In this document: positions 1 through 9,434 of the stretch, piece by piece
Layout of the letters: each line of letters begins with the position of its first letter
Numbering within the stretch: the first letter of the stretch is position 1
Translations under genes and position numbers: made by a program
Source: Alphaproteobacteria bacterium
GTDB lineage: Bacteria; Pseudomonadota; Alphaproteobacteria; RF32; CAG-239
NCBI GenBank assembly: GCA_045603405.1
Contig: JAZUMA010000015.1
Span: 54,933-118,932 of the forward strand
Direction of reading: 5' to 3'
Length of the DNA: 64,000 nucleotides
Notes under the pieces: model-generated
Database searches by the model: none
What the model saw: the letters and a program-made list of their open reading frames with translations, nothing else
Told to the model about the DNA's origin: nothing

Positions 1-94
1 TCGGCATAGCTTTTAAAACTTCACCTGTTTTGCCTTTATCATCACCTACGATAACGATTACTTTATCACCTTTTTTAATTTTCATTTTGCTCAT
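1..94 (-). CDS. rplX: 50S ribosomal protein L24, 5' part of gene (window edge)
   Basis: Reverse-complement of 1-94 translates [31 protein letters not shown], an L24 N-terminus; ATG overlaps rplN stop (TAATG); position matches conserved operon order. Confidence 0.7.
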   Translation of the reverse strand, partial: MSKMKIKKGDKVIVIVGDDKGKTGEVLKAMP

Positions 95-462
95 TACAAA
101 ACCTCCGGCGCTAAAGAAATTATCTTCATAAATTTTTTCGCACGCAACTCTCTGGTAACAGGGCCAAAGATACGAGTACCGATTGGTTCACCATCTTTGT
201 TTACCAAAACAGCTGCATTGCTGTCAAAACGGATAACACTACCGTCTTTACGTCTGATGTCGCTGGCTGTCCGAACGATAACTGCACGTTGAACATCACC
301 TTTCTTTACACGCCCTTTAGGCATTGCATCCTTAACGGAAACGATGATAACATCACCGATGGAAGCATGCATTCTCTTGGACCCGCCAAGAACTTTAATG
401 CACTGCACCTGACGTGCACCGGAATTATCCGCAACATCTAGGTTGGTTTGCATCTGTATCAT
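94..462 (-). CDS. rplN: 50S ribosomal protein L14
   Basis: 122 aa, [17 protein letters not shown]... classic L14 sequence; operon context. Confidence 0.95.
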   Translation of the reverse strand: MIQMQTNLDVADNSGARQVQCIKVLGGSKRMHASIGDVIIVSVKDAMPKGRVKKGDVQRAVIVRTASDIRRKDGSVIRFDSNAAVLVNKDGEPIGTRIFGPVTRELRAKKFMKIISLAPEVL

Positions 463-479
463 AATTCATTCCTTCCTAT

Positions 480-722
480 CTAGGCATTTTCATTATTACT
501 GATTACAGTCCAAGTCTTTGTCTTAGAATACGGTTTAGATTCAATAATCGAAACAGTATCCCCGACTTTAAACTGATTGTTTTCGTCATGAGCTGCAAAT
601 TTCTTACTTCTCTTAACGATTTTCTTGTAAACAGGGTGCATAACTTGACGCTCAACACTGACCACGACAGTTTTGTCCTGCTTATCACTTACTACAACAC
701 CTTGAAGAATTCTTTTAGGCAT
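480..722 (-). CDS. rpsQ: 30S ribosomal protein S17
   Basis: 80 aa, typical S17 length and sequence; operon order rpsQ-rplN. Confidence 0.93.
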   Translation of the reverse strand: MPKRILQGVVVSDKQDKTVVVSVERQVMHPVYKKIVKRSKKFAAHDENNQFKVGDTVSIIESKPYSKTKTWTVISNNENA

Positions 723-733
723 TTCGTTTTCTC

Positions 734-931
734 CTAACTATTCTTCTTACGCTCTGTTAAAAGCGTATTGATTTGAGCTACTTCTTTACGAACTTTAGAG
801 ATGGCTGATGTATTTTGCAACTGACCGGTAGCTTGTTGGATACGCAAACTTAATTGCTCCTTCTTGCATTCTACCAATCTGTTCTCAAGCTCATCAACAC
901 TCATAGCTCTCAAATCTTTAATTTTTACCAT
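734..931 (-). CDS. rpmC: 50S ribosomal protein L29
   Basis: 65 aa, KxLRxxSxxEL...QQxxGQLQ pattern of L29; between rplP and rpsQ. Confidence 0.9.
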   Translation of the reverse strand: MVKIKDLRAMSVDELENRLVECKKEQLSLRIQQATGQLQNTSAISKVRKEVAQINTLLTERKKNS

Positions 932-1359
932 TATGCTTCTCCTTGATCAGAATTCAAGCGTTTAACAAATTTGCTCTTAACCGGCAATTTTGCTGCACCG
1001 AGCGCAAATGCATGACGTGCCAACTCTTCATCAACATCGGCAATCTCAAACATAATGCGACCAGGTTTAACTCTTGCTACCCAAAATTCAGGAGCGCCTT
1101 TACCTTTACCCATACGAACCTCAGCAGGTTTATCTGACACAGGAACATCTGGGAAAATTCTAATCCATAGTCTTCCGGCTCTCTTCATTTCACGGGTAAT
1201 AGCGCGACGGGCAGCCTCAATTTGGCGTGCGGTAACGCGCTCCGGCGAAAGAGCCTTCAATCCGTATGAACCGAAACTTAATTCAGAACCGCCTTTAGCA
1301 AGGCCATGAATACGACCTTTATGCTGTTTGCGGAACTTTACACGTTTTGGACTTAACAT
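931..1359 (-). CDS. rplP: 50S ribosomal protein L16
   Basis: 142 aa, [16 protein letters not shown]... L16 signature N-terminus. Confidence 0.95.
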   Translation of the reverse strand: MLSPKRVKFRKQHKGRIHGLAKGGSELSFGSYGLKALSPERVTARQIEAARRAITREMKRAGRLWIRIFPDVPVSDKPAEVRMGKGKGAPEFWVARVKPGRIMFEIADVDEELARHAFALGAAKLPVKSKFVKRLNSDQGEA

Positions 1360-1374
1360 CTTAAAACCTCATTA

Positions 1375-2043
1375 TTACTTTTGTTCAGCCAATTTCTTGT
1401 CTTGTGCCATTGGATCGTGAGCCATAATCTCACCTTTGTAAATCCAAACCTTAACGCCGCAAGCACCATAGGTGGTGTGAGCCGTTGAAGTAGCATAGTC
1501 AATATCAGCACGAAGTGTGTGCAAAGGCACTCTGCCTTCACGATAATATTCAGTTCTGGCAATTTCTGCACCGCCTAAACGACCTGAGCAGCAAACCTTA
1601 ATACCTTCAGCACCCAAACGAAGCGCAGATTGCATAACGCGTTTCATTGCACGACGGAAAGCAACACGTCTTTCCAATTGTTGTGCAACAGAATCAGCCA
1701 CCAACTGCGCATCTAATTCCGGCTTTCTGACTTCCAAAATGTTTAATTGAACTTCAGAATCAGTCAACTTTTGAATGTCTTTTCTTAACAACTCAATGTC
1801 TTGACCCTTCTTGCCAATTACAACACCTGGTCTTGCTGAATGAATAGTAACTCTTGCCTTCTTTGCAGGACGTTCAATAACGATTCTGCTAATTCCGGCT
1901 TGGGCTAACTTTTCTTTCAAAAATTTTCTGATTTTCAAATCTTCGTGGAGGTAATCGGTGAATTTCTCATCAGCATACCAACGAGAATCCCATGTGCGGT
2001 TAACACCTAAACGAAGACTGATCGGATTAACTTTCTGTCCCAT
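1375..2043 (-). CDS. rpsC: 30S ribosomal protein S3
   Basis: 222 aa, [14 protein letters not shown]... S3 KH-domain N-terminus. Confidence 0.95.
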   Translation of the reverse strand: MGQKVNPISLRLGVNRTWDSRWYADEKFTDYLHEDLKIRKFLKEKLAQAGISRIVIERPAKKARVTIHSARPGVVIGKKGQDIELLRKDIQKLTDSEVQLNILEVRKPELDAQLVADSVAQQLERRVAFRRAMKRVMQSALRLGAEGIKVCCSGRLGGAEIARTEYYREGRVPLHTLRADIDYATSTAHTTYGACGVKVWIYKGEIMAHDPMAQDKKLAEQK

Positions 2044-2048
2044 TTATT

Positions 2049-2423
2049 TTACTCCCCACGCTCTGCAACAACAATGGTCAATTTAGAGAAAGGTTTCAAA
2101 ACCCTTGCACCTCTACCGCGACCACGCGCATGCATACGTTTCATTACAATGCCATTACCTGTATATGCTTCAGCAACCACCAACTTATCAATGTTAAGCT
2201 TATGATTGTTTTCCGCATTGGCAATAGCTGATTTTAATACTTCCAAAGCAACTTTTGCTATTCTCTTCTTAGAAAAGCTAAGTTCTGCAACAGCCTTTTC
2301 TGCAGATAAACCGCGGATTGTCTGTGCCACGAGATTAAGCTTGCGAGCGCTGGAACGAATAGAATTATTCTGAGCCATAGCTTGGGTATCAGAAAGTCTT
2401 CTTTTATCTTTAACCATTCCCAT
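2049..2423 (-). CDS. rplV: 50S ribosomal protein L22
   Basis: 124 aa, SARKLNLVAQTIRG...KSAIANAENN pattern of L22; operon order. Confidence 0.9.
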   Translation of the reverse strand: MGMVKDKRRLSDTQAMAQNNSIRSSARKLNLVAQTIRGLSAEKAVAELSFSKKRIAKVALEVLKSAIANAENNHKLNIDKLVVAEAYTGNGIVMKRMHARGRGRGARVLKPFSKLTIVVAERGE

Positions 2424-2425
2424 AA

Positions 2426-2704
2426 TTAACCTCTCTTAACTTTCTTATCTGCTGCGTGCCCATAGAAGGTGCGTGTTGGAGCAAATTCGCCGAACTTGTG
2501 GCCAACCATATCTTCGGTAACGAGTACCGGAATAAATTTATGACCATTATGCACACCAAATGTCAAACCGACAAATTGCGGCAACATAGTAGAACGACGA
2601 GACCAAATTTTAATCACTTCATTACGAGTAGATGCTCTTGCAGCTTCTGCTTTCTTAAGAAGATAACCATCAACAAAAGGTCCTTTCCATACAGAACGAG
2701 TCAT
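2426..2704 (-). CDS. rpsS: 30S ribosomal protein S19
   Basis: 92 aa, [18 protein letters not shown]... S19. Confidence 0.95.
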   Translation of the reverse strand: MTRSVWKGPFVDGYLLKKAEAARASTRNEVIKIWSRRSTMLPQFVGLTFGVHNGHKFIPVLVTEDMVGHKFGEFAPTRTFYGHAADKKVKRG

Positions 2705-2716
2705 TTGTTTACCTCC

Positions 2717-3553
2717 TTATTTCTTTTTATTTTCATGACGAGATCTCATAATAAAGCGATCTGTCTTCTTGTTAGAACGAGTTTTAGCACCCTTAGTCGG
2801 TTTACCCCACGGTGTCACCGGATGACGACCGCCTGATGTACGACCTTCACCACCACCATGCGGGTGGTCAACAGGGTTCATTGCAACACCACGAGTAACC
2901 GGACGAATACCCAACCAACGTGAACGACCTGCCTTACCCAAAGAAACGTTTTGATTATCTGGGTTAGAAACAGCGCCAACAGTTGCTAAACATTCTTCAC
3001 GAACAATACGAAGTTCGCCTGAAGAAAGTTTTAATTGTGCATATCCGGCATCTTTACCTACAACTTGAGCATAGCAACCGGCAGAACGAACAAGCTGTCC
3101 GCCTTTGCCGACTTTTAACTCAACGTTGTGCACGATTGTACCAACTGGCATACTCTTTAACGGCATAGCATTACCCGGCTTAATATCAGCTTTCTCAGAA
3201 GAAATAACCTTATCGCCGGCTTTCAATCTTTGCGGAGCCAAAATATAAGCCTTTTCGCCATCTTCATAGTTAATCAAAGCAATAAAAGATGTGCGGTTAG
3301 GATCATATTCGATTCTCTCCACAGTTGCTTCACAATCAAATTTATTACGTTTGAAGTCGATAATACGGTACTTACGTTTATGACCGCCACCGATTCTCCG
3401 ACTTGTAACGTGTCCGAAATTATCACGCCCACCTGTTTTAGTCAAACCATAGGTCAGACTCTTCTCAGGATTGCCCTTATAAAGCTCACTTCTGTCAACA
3501 ATAACTAGTTGACGAAGACCTGGAGTAGCGGGCTTAAATGTTTTCAAAGCCAT
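2717..3553 (-). CDS. rplB: 50S ribosomal protein L2
   Basis: 278 aa, [15 protein letters not shown]... with GGGHKRKYR and HPHGGGEG motifs of L2. Confidence 0.95.
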   Translation of the reverse strand: MALKTFKPATPGLRQLVIVDRSELYKGNPEKSLTYGLTKTGGRDNFGHVTSRRIGGGHKRKYRIIDFKRNKFDCEATVERIEYDPNRTSFIALINYEDGEKAYILAPQRLKAGDKVISSEKADIKPGNAMPLKSMPVGTIVHNVELKVGKGGQLVRSAGCYAQVVGKDAGYAQLKLSSGELRIVREECLATVGAVSNPDNQNVSLGKAGRSRWLGIRPVTRGVAMNPVDHPHGGGEGRTSGGRHPVTPWGKPTKGAKTRSNKKTDRFIMRSRHENKKK

Positions 3554-3555
3554 GA

Positions 3556-3873
3556 CTAAATTCCTGCTGTAACATCAATATTTTGACCTTCGGCAAGCGT
3601 AACAACAGCTTTCTTATAATCAGAGCGAACGCCCTCATATCCCTTAAAGCGCTTTACCTTACCGGCTTGTGTAACGGTATTTACCTTAACAACCTTTACG
3701 TTAAAAATAGCTTCAACAGCTGCTTTAACTTCATCTTTTGTTGCAGACAACGGAACCATAAAGACAACTTTGCCGGCTTCAGATGAGGCCATAGATTTCT
3801 CGGTAATTACCGGACGAAGTAATGTATCATACATTGCTGCAGTTACATTGTTTGTTTTTTCTGATTTCTTCAT
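3556..3873 (-). CDS. rplW: 50S ribosomal protein L23
   Basis: ORF 3556-3894 trimmed to ATG at 3871-3873 (MKKSEKT...), preceded by GGAGG at -9; this ATG overlaps the rplD TGA stop (ATGA); L23-like sequence [10 protein letters not shown]. Confidence 0.9.
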   Translation of the reverse strand: MKKSEKTNNVTAAMYDTLLRPVITEKSMASSEAGKVVFMVPLSATKDEVKAAVEAIFNVKVVKVNTVTQAGKVKRFKGYEGVRSDYKKAVVTLAEGQNIDVTAGI

Positions 3874-4496
3874 TGTAATCTTTCCTCCAAGCAAGCAACT
3901 GCGTCTTTAGTTAATACCAACTTCTCTTTTCTCAAAATATCGTATACATTAGCACCGATTGTCGGTAATACATCAACACCAACAATATTACGGCTGGCTA
4001 ATGCAAAATTAACATCAACTTCCTTACCGTCAATAAACAAGCAGTTATTCCACCCCAAAGCATTCAATTTAGTTTTCAAATCTTTTGTTTTCGGAGCAGC
4101 CATCTTTGCTTCGTCAATAACAATAAGGTTGCCTTCTTGAGCTTTCGCAGAGAGGGCAGTTTTCAGACCTAATTTTCTAAACTTCTTAGTCAAGTCGTGA
4201 GAGTGATCTCTTACAACCGGACCAAATACAATACCACCTTTTCTAAATTGTGTACCCTTACGGCTACCTTGACGAGCATTACCGCTGCCTTTTTGCTTAA
4301 ACGGTTTTGCCGGTGTCAATGCAACATCAGAGCGACCTTTAGTCTGGTGATTACCGCATTGGCGCATAGCAAGCTGCCAATTAACAACGCGGTGTAAAAT
4401 GTCAGCACGAACTTCAACACCAAAAATAGCATCATTCAGTTCAATGCTCCCGACATTTTTATTTTCTAAATTTAAGATGTCCTGTTTCATTTTCAA
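3870..4496 (-). CDS. rplD: 50S ribosomal protein L4
   Basis: 208 aa, typical L4; ends EERLQ-TGA overlapping rplW start. Confidence 0.93.
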   Translation of the reverse strand: MKMKQDILNLENKNVGSIELNDAIFGVEVRADILHRVVNWQLAMRQCGNHQTKGRSDVALTPAKPFKQKGSGNARQGSRKGTQFRKGGIVFGPVVRDHSHDLTKKFRKLGLKTALSAKAQEGNLIVIDEAKMAAPKTKDLKTKLNALGWNNCLFIDGKEVDVNFALASRNIVGVDVLPTIGANVYDILRKEKLVLTKDAVACLEERLQ

Positions 4497-4508
4497 AAAT
4501 CCTTACTC

Positions 4509-5234
4509 TTATGCATTATCAGCTGCTGTTTCTTCAGCTTTAACTGCAACAGGTTCATCAACCTTTTTCAAACCGGCAGGCATCGGCAATTTGACATCAG
4601 CAGTTTTTTTAATGGCATCTGTAACGCGAACCCATGCATTTTCAGCACCAGGAACACCGCCTTTTACCATAATTAAACCACGGGCGCCATCAACAGCCAC
4701 AACTTTTAAGTTTTGAACGGTAACGCGCTCATCACCCATATGTCCGGCCATCTTTTTGCCCTTAAATACCTTACCCGGATCTTGTCTTTGTCCGGTAGAA
4801 CCATGTGAACGGTGAGAAATAGAAACACCGTGTGTTGCCTCCAAACCTGCGAAGTTGTGACGCTTCATAACACCGGCAAAACCTTTACCGATAGAAGTTG
4901 CACAAACATCAACATATTGACCGGCAACAAAATGTTCTGCAGACAATTCATCACCAACATTAAGCAAGCAGTCATCACTAACTCTGAACTCGCCTAACTT
5001 TTTCTTCGGCTCAACATTAGCCTTGGTGAAGTAACCTTTCATCGGCTTAGAAACATTCTTCGCCTTCACAGCGCCTGTACCTAATTGAACAGCGCTATAT
5101 CCGTCTTTTTCATTTGTTCTGACATTAACAACTTTCAAACCATCAACAGCCAAAACCGTAACCGGTACATGGGTGCCGTCTGCTTCAAAAATTCTTGTCA
5201 TTCCAAGTTTTTTTGCGATAAGACCAGTACGCAT
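4509..5234 (-). CDS. rplC: 50S ribosomal protein L3
   Basis: 241 aa, [16 protein letters not shown]... L3 N-terminus; short Ala/Glu-rich C-terminal extension. Confidence 0.93.
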   Translation of the reverse strand: MRTGLIAKKLGMTRIFEADGTHVPVTVLAVDGLKVVNVRTNEKDGYSAVQLGTGAVKAKNVSKPMKGYFTKANVEPKKKLGEFRVSDDCLLNVGDELSAEHFVAGQYVDVCATSIGKGFAGVMKRHNFAGLEATHGVSISHRSHGSTGQRQDPGKVFKGKKMAGHMGDERVTVQNLKVVAVDGARGLIMVKGGVPGAENAWVRVTDAIKKTADVKLPMPAGLKKVDEPVAVKAEETAADNA

Positions 5235-5290
5235 TTTTATTTTTTCCTTTTCAATAGGTTGATTTTATCTTTCAAAAACCAACATTAAAA

Positions 5291-5602
5291 TTATAACTTA
5301 ATTTCTACATTCACACCGGCTGCAAGATCTAATTTCATCAAAGCATCAACGGTTTGTGGTGTAGGATCTACAATATCAAGAAGTCTTTTATGTGTACGAA
5401 TTTCAAATTGTTCACGGGATTTTTTATCAACGTGAGGAGATCTGTTAATCGTAAACTTCTCAATCTTCGTCGGCAGAGGAATAGGTCCTCTGACATTTGC
5501 TCCGGTTCTCTTAGCTGTATGAACAATCTCTTTAGTAGACTGATCTAATAAACGATGATCAAAAGCCTTAAGGCGGATTCTGATATTTTGTGTATCCATC
5601 AT
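5291..5602 (-). CDS. rpsJ: 30S ribosomal protein S10
   Basis: ORF 5291-5632 trimmed to tandem ATG at 5600-5602 ([23 protein letters not shown]10 consensus N-terminus) with AGGAAAAG SD 9 nt upstream; first gene of operon. Confidence 0.9.
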   Translation of the reverse strand: MMDTQNIRIRLKAFDHRLLDQSTKEIVHTAKRTGANVRGPIPLPTKIEKFTINRSPHVDKKSREQFEIRTHKRLLDIVDPTPQTVDALMKLDLAAGVNVEIKL

Positions 5603-6063
5603 TTTAACACTTTTCCTATAACTAAACGGCAAAAAATCCCATCATGGAACCTGCCATCTAAAAAATTACTGCAAACTTTTGCAACACTCAGTCCGCATTT
5701 ATGGGTTATATTTAATTCACAAGAAACCTTATCCCATCAGAAGCCACAACTTTTATAATAAGTTCAACCTCTTAGAGAAATATTAAAGATTCCTTAATTT
5801 TTGTTGCTGGGCGTTTTTAACATTTAAATTTTATAATTGCAAGCAAAAAATACACAAAAAATGAAATTTTAAATCTTTTTAAAACCCTTCTGCCGATTCA
5901 CTTTGAGTCACATAGACAAAAAACAAGAAATCACTATTAAATACGACATTACAAACCGATATATTACAGATACAAAAAAAACTTTGAATTATGCAAAACA
6001 AAGAACCATTGCCAACAATAATGTTAACAATGGTTCTTAAGTTTAAGATTAATCACCATAATC

Positions 6064-6231
6064 TTAACATACATCGCAATAACCGCCATCACAGCCATCA
6101 CAGCAATCACCGCAATCATCGTCATCGTCATCATCATCATCGTCTTTGTCTACCACCATATAAAGTGCAACAGCAACACCCACTAAAATACCAACGACAA
6201 TTCCAATTCCTAAAAATAATAACTGATCCAT
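6064..6231 (-). CDS. candidate 55-aa micro-protein: one TM helix, then poly-Asp tract and Cys-rich tail (MDQLLFLGIGIVVGILVGVAVALYMVVDKD10CGDCCDGCDGGYCDVC)
   Basis: Hand-translated minus-strand ORF not in the supplied track (<60 aa); clean hydrophobic helix followed by (GAT/GAC)n-encoded Asp run and CxxCCxxCxxxxCxxC; weak SD; opposite strand gives a low-complexity His-rich ORF (5991-6251). Confidence 0.3.
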   Translation of the reverse strand: MDQLLFLGIGIVVGILVGVAVALYMVVDKDDDDDDDDDDCGDCCDGCDGGYCDVC

Positions 6232-6451
6232 ACGCAAAATATTTTAATTAATAATTGTTATAATTATGAGCTTTATATAGGCTTAAATACCGCTATCCAA
6301 AACTTTTGTCAAGTAAATTCTACGCTTCATATTTACCGTTGTAGTATTTTACAACAACATAATTATATTCGCTGCACCAACTTTCATATCTTTAAATTTA
6401 CAAAAAAGATTATATTTATAAATAAGCATAAATATCCTTGAAAGGCATAAA

Positions 6452-6895
6452 ATGTTATCACTTATTATTTCAACTTTAATATTATCGGCTGAGCCAAATC
6501 AACCGACGGAAATTATCGGTTCTGCCGCCACTCCCGACGGTCAGCGCAAGGAGGTTATTGTCGAACAACCGCAAAATGCACCTGATCCTTTCGGATACAT
6601 TACCCCTGCACCTCAAGGCGGTCCAACTGTTTATAATGCCTCGGAACCTGTATCTTCCTCACAAACACAACCTTCCCCATCAACAAACATTCTACAACCG
6701 CTTGTCAGTCAAACATCTTCAACCAATCCCCAAGATATGAGCCAAAATCCGCTTTATTACCAAAACAAAATTGAAAACACAATTTATCAAGATGGTAACA
6801 GACTTTTAGATGTTCAATCAATTCCCATCAAAGATATCAATAAAGCGCTAACTCCGAATATTCAGCCGACAATTTCCAATTATCCGGCTTGGTGA
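6452..6895 (+). CDS. hypothetical protein, N-terminal hydrophobic segment, Pro/Ser/Gln/Thr-rich
   Basis: 147-aa ORF; low-complexity PQ-rich composition, no recognisable family. Confidence 0.4.
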   Translation: MLSLIISTLILSAEPNQPTEIIGSAATPDGQRKEVIVEQPQNAPDPFGYITPAPQGGPTVYNASEPVSSSQTQPSPSTNILQPLVSQTSSTNPQDMSQNPLYYQNKIENTIYQDGNRLLDVQSIPIKDINKALTPNIQPTISNYPAW

Positions 6896-7512
6896 CTTTC
6901 TTCTTTTAAATTAAAATGCATCTCAATTGAAGATAAAAAGATTAAAAAATACCCGACAATCTCCATAGCCTCCTCATAAAACTCTTTAATATCACTAACA
7001 CGGTCAGATCCCAATACACTTTCCACAAAAGCACCATGACCGATACACTGTGCCACCGGCAAAATAAGAATAACCGTTATATACATCATATCAAACGCCG
7101 GCATAGCAAAAAATTTAAATAAATTCCGTTTAAAATGCACTAAGTCTCCGCTCGCATGAATAAATGTCATCAAAGGAAATAAAAAAGCAAACTTCCAATG
7201 AACAAAAGGTACAATCTTGTCAAATGTTGAATCTAATTCACGACAAGCAGCCATCAAGCAACAAGAAGATAATAACAACAGTATTTTAGCAAAATTTTCA
7301 TTTTCTTTTATCTGCCACAAAAAAGAAAAAGAACTGAAAAGCAACAGCAATAACTGCATATTTTCCACAACACCGTTCTCTTCAAACGTATCAGCACCAT
7401 ACACACGCGCTAAAAAATGTATTCCGAAAATAAAAGCAAAAATCAGCACAAAATAAACCGCTTGCCTACACACACGGTAAAATATTCCATTCTCACTTTC
7501 CTTTAAACTCAT
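6880..7512 (-). CDS. hypothetical multi-pass membrane protein
   Basis: 210 aa with several long hydrophobic segments; no family recognised. Confidence 0.45.
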   Translation of the reverse strand: MSLKESENGIFYRVCRQAVYFVLIFAFIFGIHFLARVYGADTFEENGVVENMQLLLLLFSSFSFLWQIKENENFAKILLLLSSCCLMAACRELDSTFDKIVPFVHWKFAFLFPLMTFIHASGDLVHFKRNLFKFFAMPAFDMMYITVILILPVAQCIGHGAFVESVLGSDRVSDIKEFYEEAMEIVGYFLIFLSSIEMHFNLKEESHQAG

Positions 7513-7663
7513 TAAGTTCTAGTCCTGATAGTTCATAATACATATTCGTTATCAACAATAAAACCTCTTTTTTCAAGCATAAATATCAGTTTATAAACAA
7601 ACAGAACCATTACTTTAATAAGACAGCATTTCTAAAGATAAATTACAAACAGTCTCAAACCTA

Positions 7664-8647
7664 TTACCTGCCACTGTTAATATCTTTTACTCCTCTTACC
7701 ACATTCTTTTGCACAGCATCATGAATTTTCTTTGCTTCTTTCCATTCTATTGCGCGCTTCGTCAGATATTTTATGCCTTCTTCATATGCTTTCTTGTCTT
7801 TCTGCTTATCTAGCACAACTTCATACACAAGACTTTTATCTTTTTTAACCTCTCTAAGTTGTTCTCTTAAATACTTTTCTCTTTTTTTACACATCTCATA
7901 TTCTTGTTGCAAAACACTATCAGGTACCTGTATATCTTCTCTAATACCATTTTTTCTAATATTATTATTTTCATTATTTTCACTTTTTTCCATAATCCTT
8001 CTTTCCACCGGTGACCACGCTTTATTCATTGCCATATTTTGCCGAATTAAATCAATTGCATTTACCCCTTTCTTATTTTCTCTATTAACATCAACACCTT
8101 TCTGTTCGGCCAAATATTTAGAAATTTCATACGCAGAAGCAAAATTTTTATTTTGCAATGCCAACATTAAACCTGTATTTCCATCTTTATCAACTGCATT
8201 CAAATTAGCGATTTTTAATGCTTCCACCACATCCTTTTTTTGACCTGTCTTACAAGCTTTCAAAAAACCATCATCATACTTCTTCTGGTACACAGACAGT
8301 TTTTCTTTAATTGTTTCCATCCTTTCCTTTAGCTCGTAAATTTCCTCAAATATCTTTTCTCTCTTTTCCGCTGAACTCGTTTTCGATGCATAAAAATAAT
8401 TGTGACTAGCATACGTATAATCCGCATCACTATATTCCCTTTTAAAAGCCTCAAATATTTCATAATCAGTAACCGAATCAGTAATCGATTGATCTTCAGA
8501 CTGATTTCCACAACTTATTGCCGTTAAACTCGCGCCACCGATTAACAAAGGAACAGCAACGCTCCCTGCTTTCTTCTTTAATTTCCTCGCTTTATTCTTC
8601 AGATCGTTTATTTTTTTCTTTACTTTTTCTTTTACGATTTTACTCAT
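7664..8647 (-). CDS. ankyrin-repeat protein with long basic N-region, lipobox-like LTAISC and coiled-coil segments (probable secreted/surface effector-like protein)
   Basis: 327 aa; ANK consensus GNTGLMLALQNKNFASAYEISKYLAEQKGVDVNRENKKGVNAIDLI; N-terminus MSKIVKEKVKKKINDLKNKARKLKKKAGSVAVPLLIGGASLTAISCGN; RBS AAAGGAG upstream. Confidence 0.75.
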   Translation of the reverse strand: MSKIVKEKVKKKINDLKNKARKLKKKAGSVAVPLLIGGASLTAISCGNQSEDQSITDSVTDYEIFEAFKREYSDADYTYASHNYFYASKTSSAEKREKIFEEIYELKERMETIKEKLSVYQKKYDDGFLKACKTGQKKDVVEALKIANLNAVDKDGNTGLMLALQNKNFASAYEISKYLAEQKGVDVNRENKKGVNAIDLIRQNMAMNKAWSPVERRIMEKSENNENNNIRKNGIREDIQVPDSVLQQEYEMCKKREKYLREQLREVKKDKSLVYEVVLDKQKDKKAYEEGIKYLTKRAIEWKEAKKIHDAVQKNVVRGVKDINSGR

Positions 8648-8955
8648 TTTCTTTCTCCTTTAGTTTAGACAGCACAAAAAATCCCGCAAAGAGCCACCCT
8701 CTTTACGAGATATTAAATCTGCCTGATTGTTGGTTAATTTTTCTCCCGGCAACACCTCTACATGTATGTATGTATGTATGTATGTATGTATGTATGTATG
8801 TATAAATCAATGACTTAGTGCTTTGCGAAGTCACAGCCCTATTCATCTTAATATTTAACATACTCCCACACATGGCATTCCCCTAGCTTTCACAACTATG
8901 CTAGAATAATACCATAAAAAAAACGTTAACGCAACAAAAAAAACATCACCTCTCT
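8640..8955. repeat. Repeat family A copy 1: ~300-bp duplicated 5' region (promoter/5'UTR/first codons MSK) shared with 34565-34870
   Basis: Near-identical blocks ttctcctttagtttagacagca(c/t)aaaaaatcccgcaaaga..., ..gacttagtgctttgc(g/a)aagtcac.gcc.tattcatcttaatat.taac..., ..ataaaaaaaacgttaac.caa.aaaaaaa in both copies, each immediately upstream of a minus-strand gene start. Confidence 0.75.
8762..8801. repeat. (ATGT)10 tetranucleotide microsatellite inside repeat family A copy 1, ~115-155 bp upstream of the ankyrin gene start
   Basis: catgtatgtatgtatgtatgtatgtatgtatgtatgtatgtataaatc read directly; paralogous copy at 34689-34722 has (ATGT)5 followed by (AT)5. Confidence 0.9.
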
Positions 8956-9075
8956 TCTTCCCCGTCATCCCTCTCGGGCGACTAATGTCGGCCGAGTCAA
9001 GGGATCTCCGCCCTCTCTCCAAGGGTAACATCTTCCCGTCACCACTCTCTCTTTCCGTCATTCCATCTTCCGTTA
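8950..9075. repeat. Repeat family C copy 1 (RPE-like, CT-rich, ORF-compatible element)
   Basis: Core caagggatctccgccctctctccaagggtaacatct (8998-9033) is identical to 38635-38670; minus-strand frame encodes MLPLERGRRSLD in both copies. Confidence 0.6.
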
Positions 9076-9327
9076 TTCTAAACAAAACCATGTTGAATTT
9101 GTTTTAGCATCCGCATAAGCTCTCAGATCGAGAGTTTTTTTTACCCGATGATTCTTAAAGTACCGATGTTAGAAACTTATTAGTAACCGCGATGTGCAAC
9201 AAAAGGTACATAAGCAAACATGATGCTTTTATGAGCAACATTATTCCTCATCACACACAATTTATAAAAAAATAACTTTTTTACGCTTGACTTTATAATT
9301 TATTATATGTAAAACAAAATGCACTAT

Positions 9328-9404
9328 GGCGGACGTAGCTCAGTTGGTAGAGCCCCGGTTTGTGGTACCGGTTGTCGTGAGTTCGAGCCTCATCGTCCGC
9401 CCCA
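9328..9404 (+). tRNA. tRNA-His (GUG) with encoded G-1 and CCA
   Basis: g-GCGGACG TA GCTC AGTTGGTA GAGC C CCGGT TTGTGGT ACCGG TTGTC GTGAG TTCGAGC CTCAT CGTCCGC C CCA; 7-bp acceptor perfectly paired, anticodon loop TT-GTG-GT, extra 5' G opposite discriminator C (His hallmark). Confidence 0.88.
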
Positions 9405-9434
9405 TTCTTAAAAAATTTCCCCACATAAACAACA

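Noticed and set aside
943-5548. Numerous 60-130-aa ORFs antisense to or overlapping the ribosomal-protein genes (e.g. 943-1137, 1055-1309, 2456-2836, 2983-3168, 4399-4716, 5354-5548)
   Set aside because: Fully embedded in strongly recognised r-protein genes, low-complexity translations, no RBS; typical shadow ORFs in AT-rich DNA.
5991-6251. 86-aa His/Arg-rich ORF on plus strand
   Set aside because: Overlaps the minus-strand TM/poly-Asp micro-ORF on the same trinucleotide repeat; lacks an obvious RBS or membrane/soluble logic; left unresolved but not called.
8518-8805. ORF ending in CMYVCMYVCMYV
   Set aside because: The C-terminus is simply the (ATGT)10 microsatellite read in frame; lies in the promoter repeat of the ankyrin gene.
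8855-9091. 78-aa and 71-aa ORFs (8855-9091, 38513-38728) sharing MLPLERGRRSLD
   Set aside because: Both are translations of repeat family C; kept as a repeat feature rather than genes.
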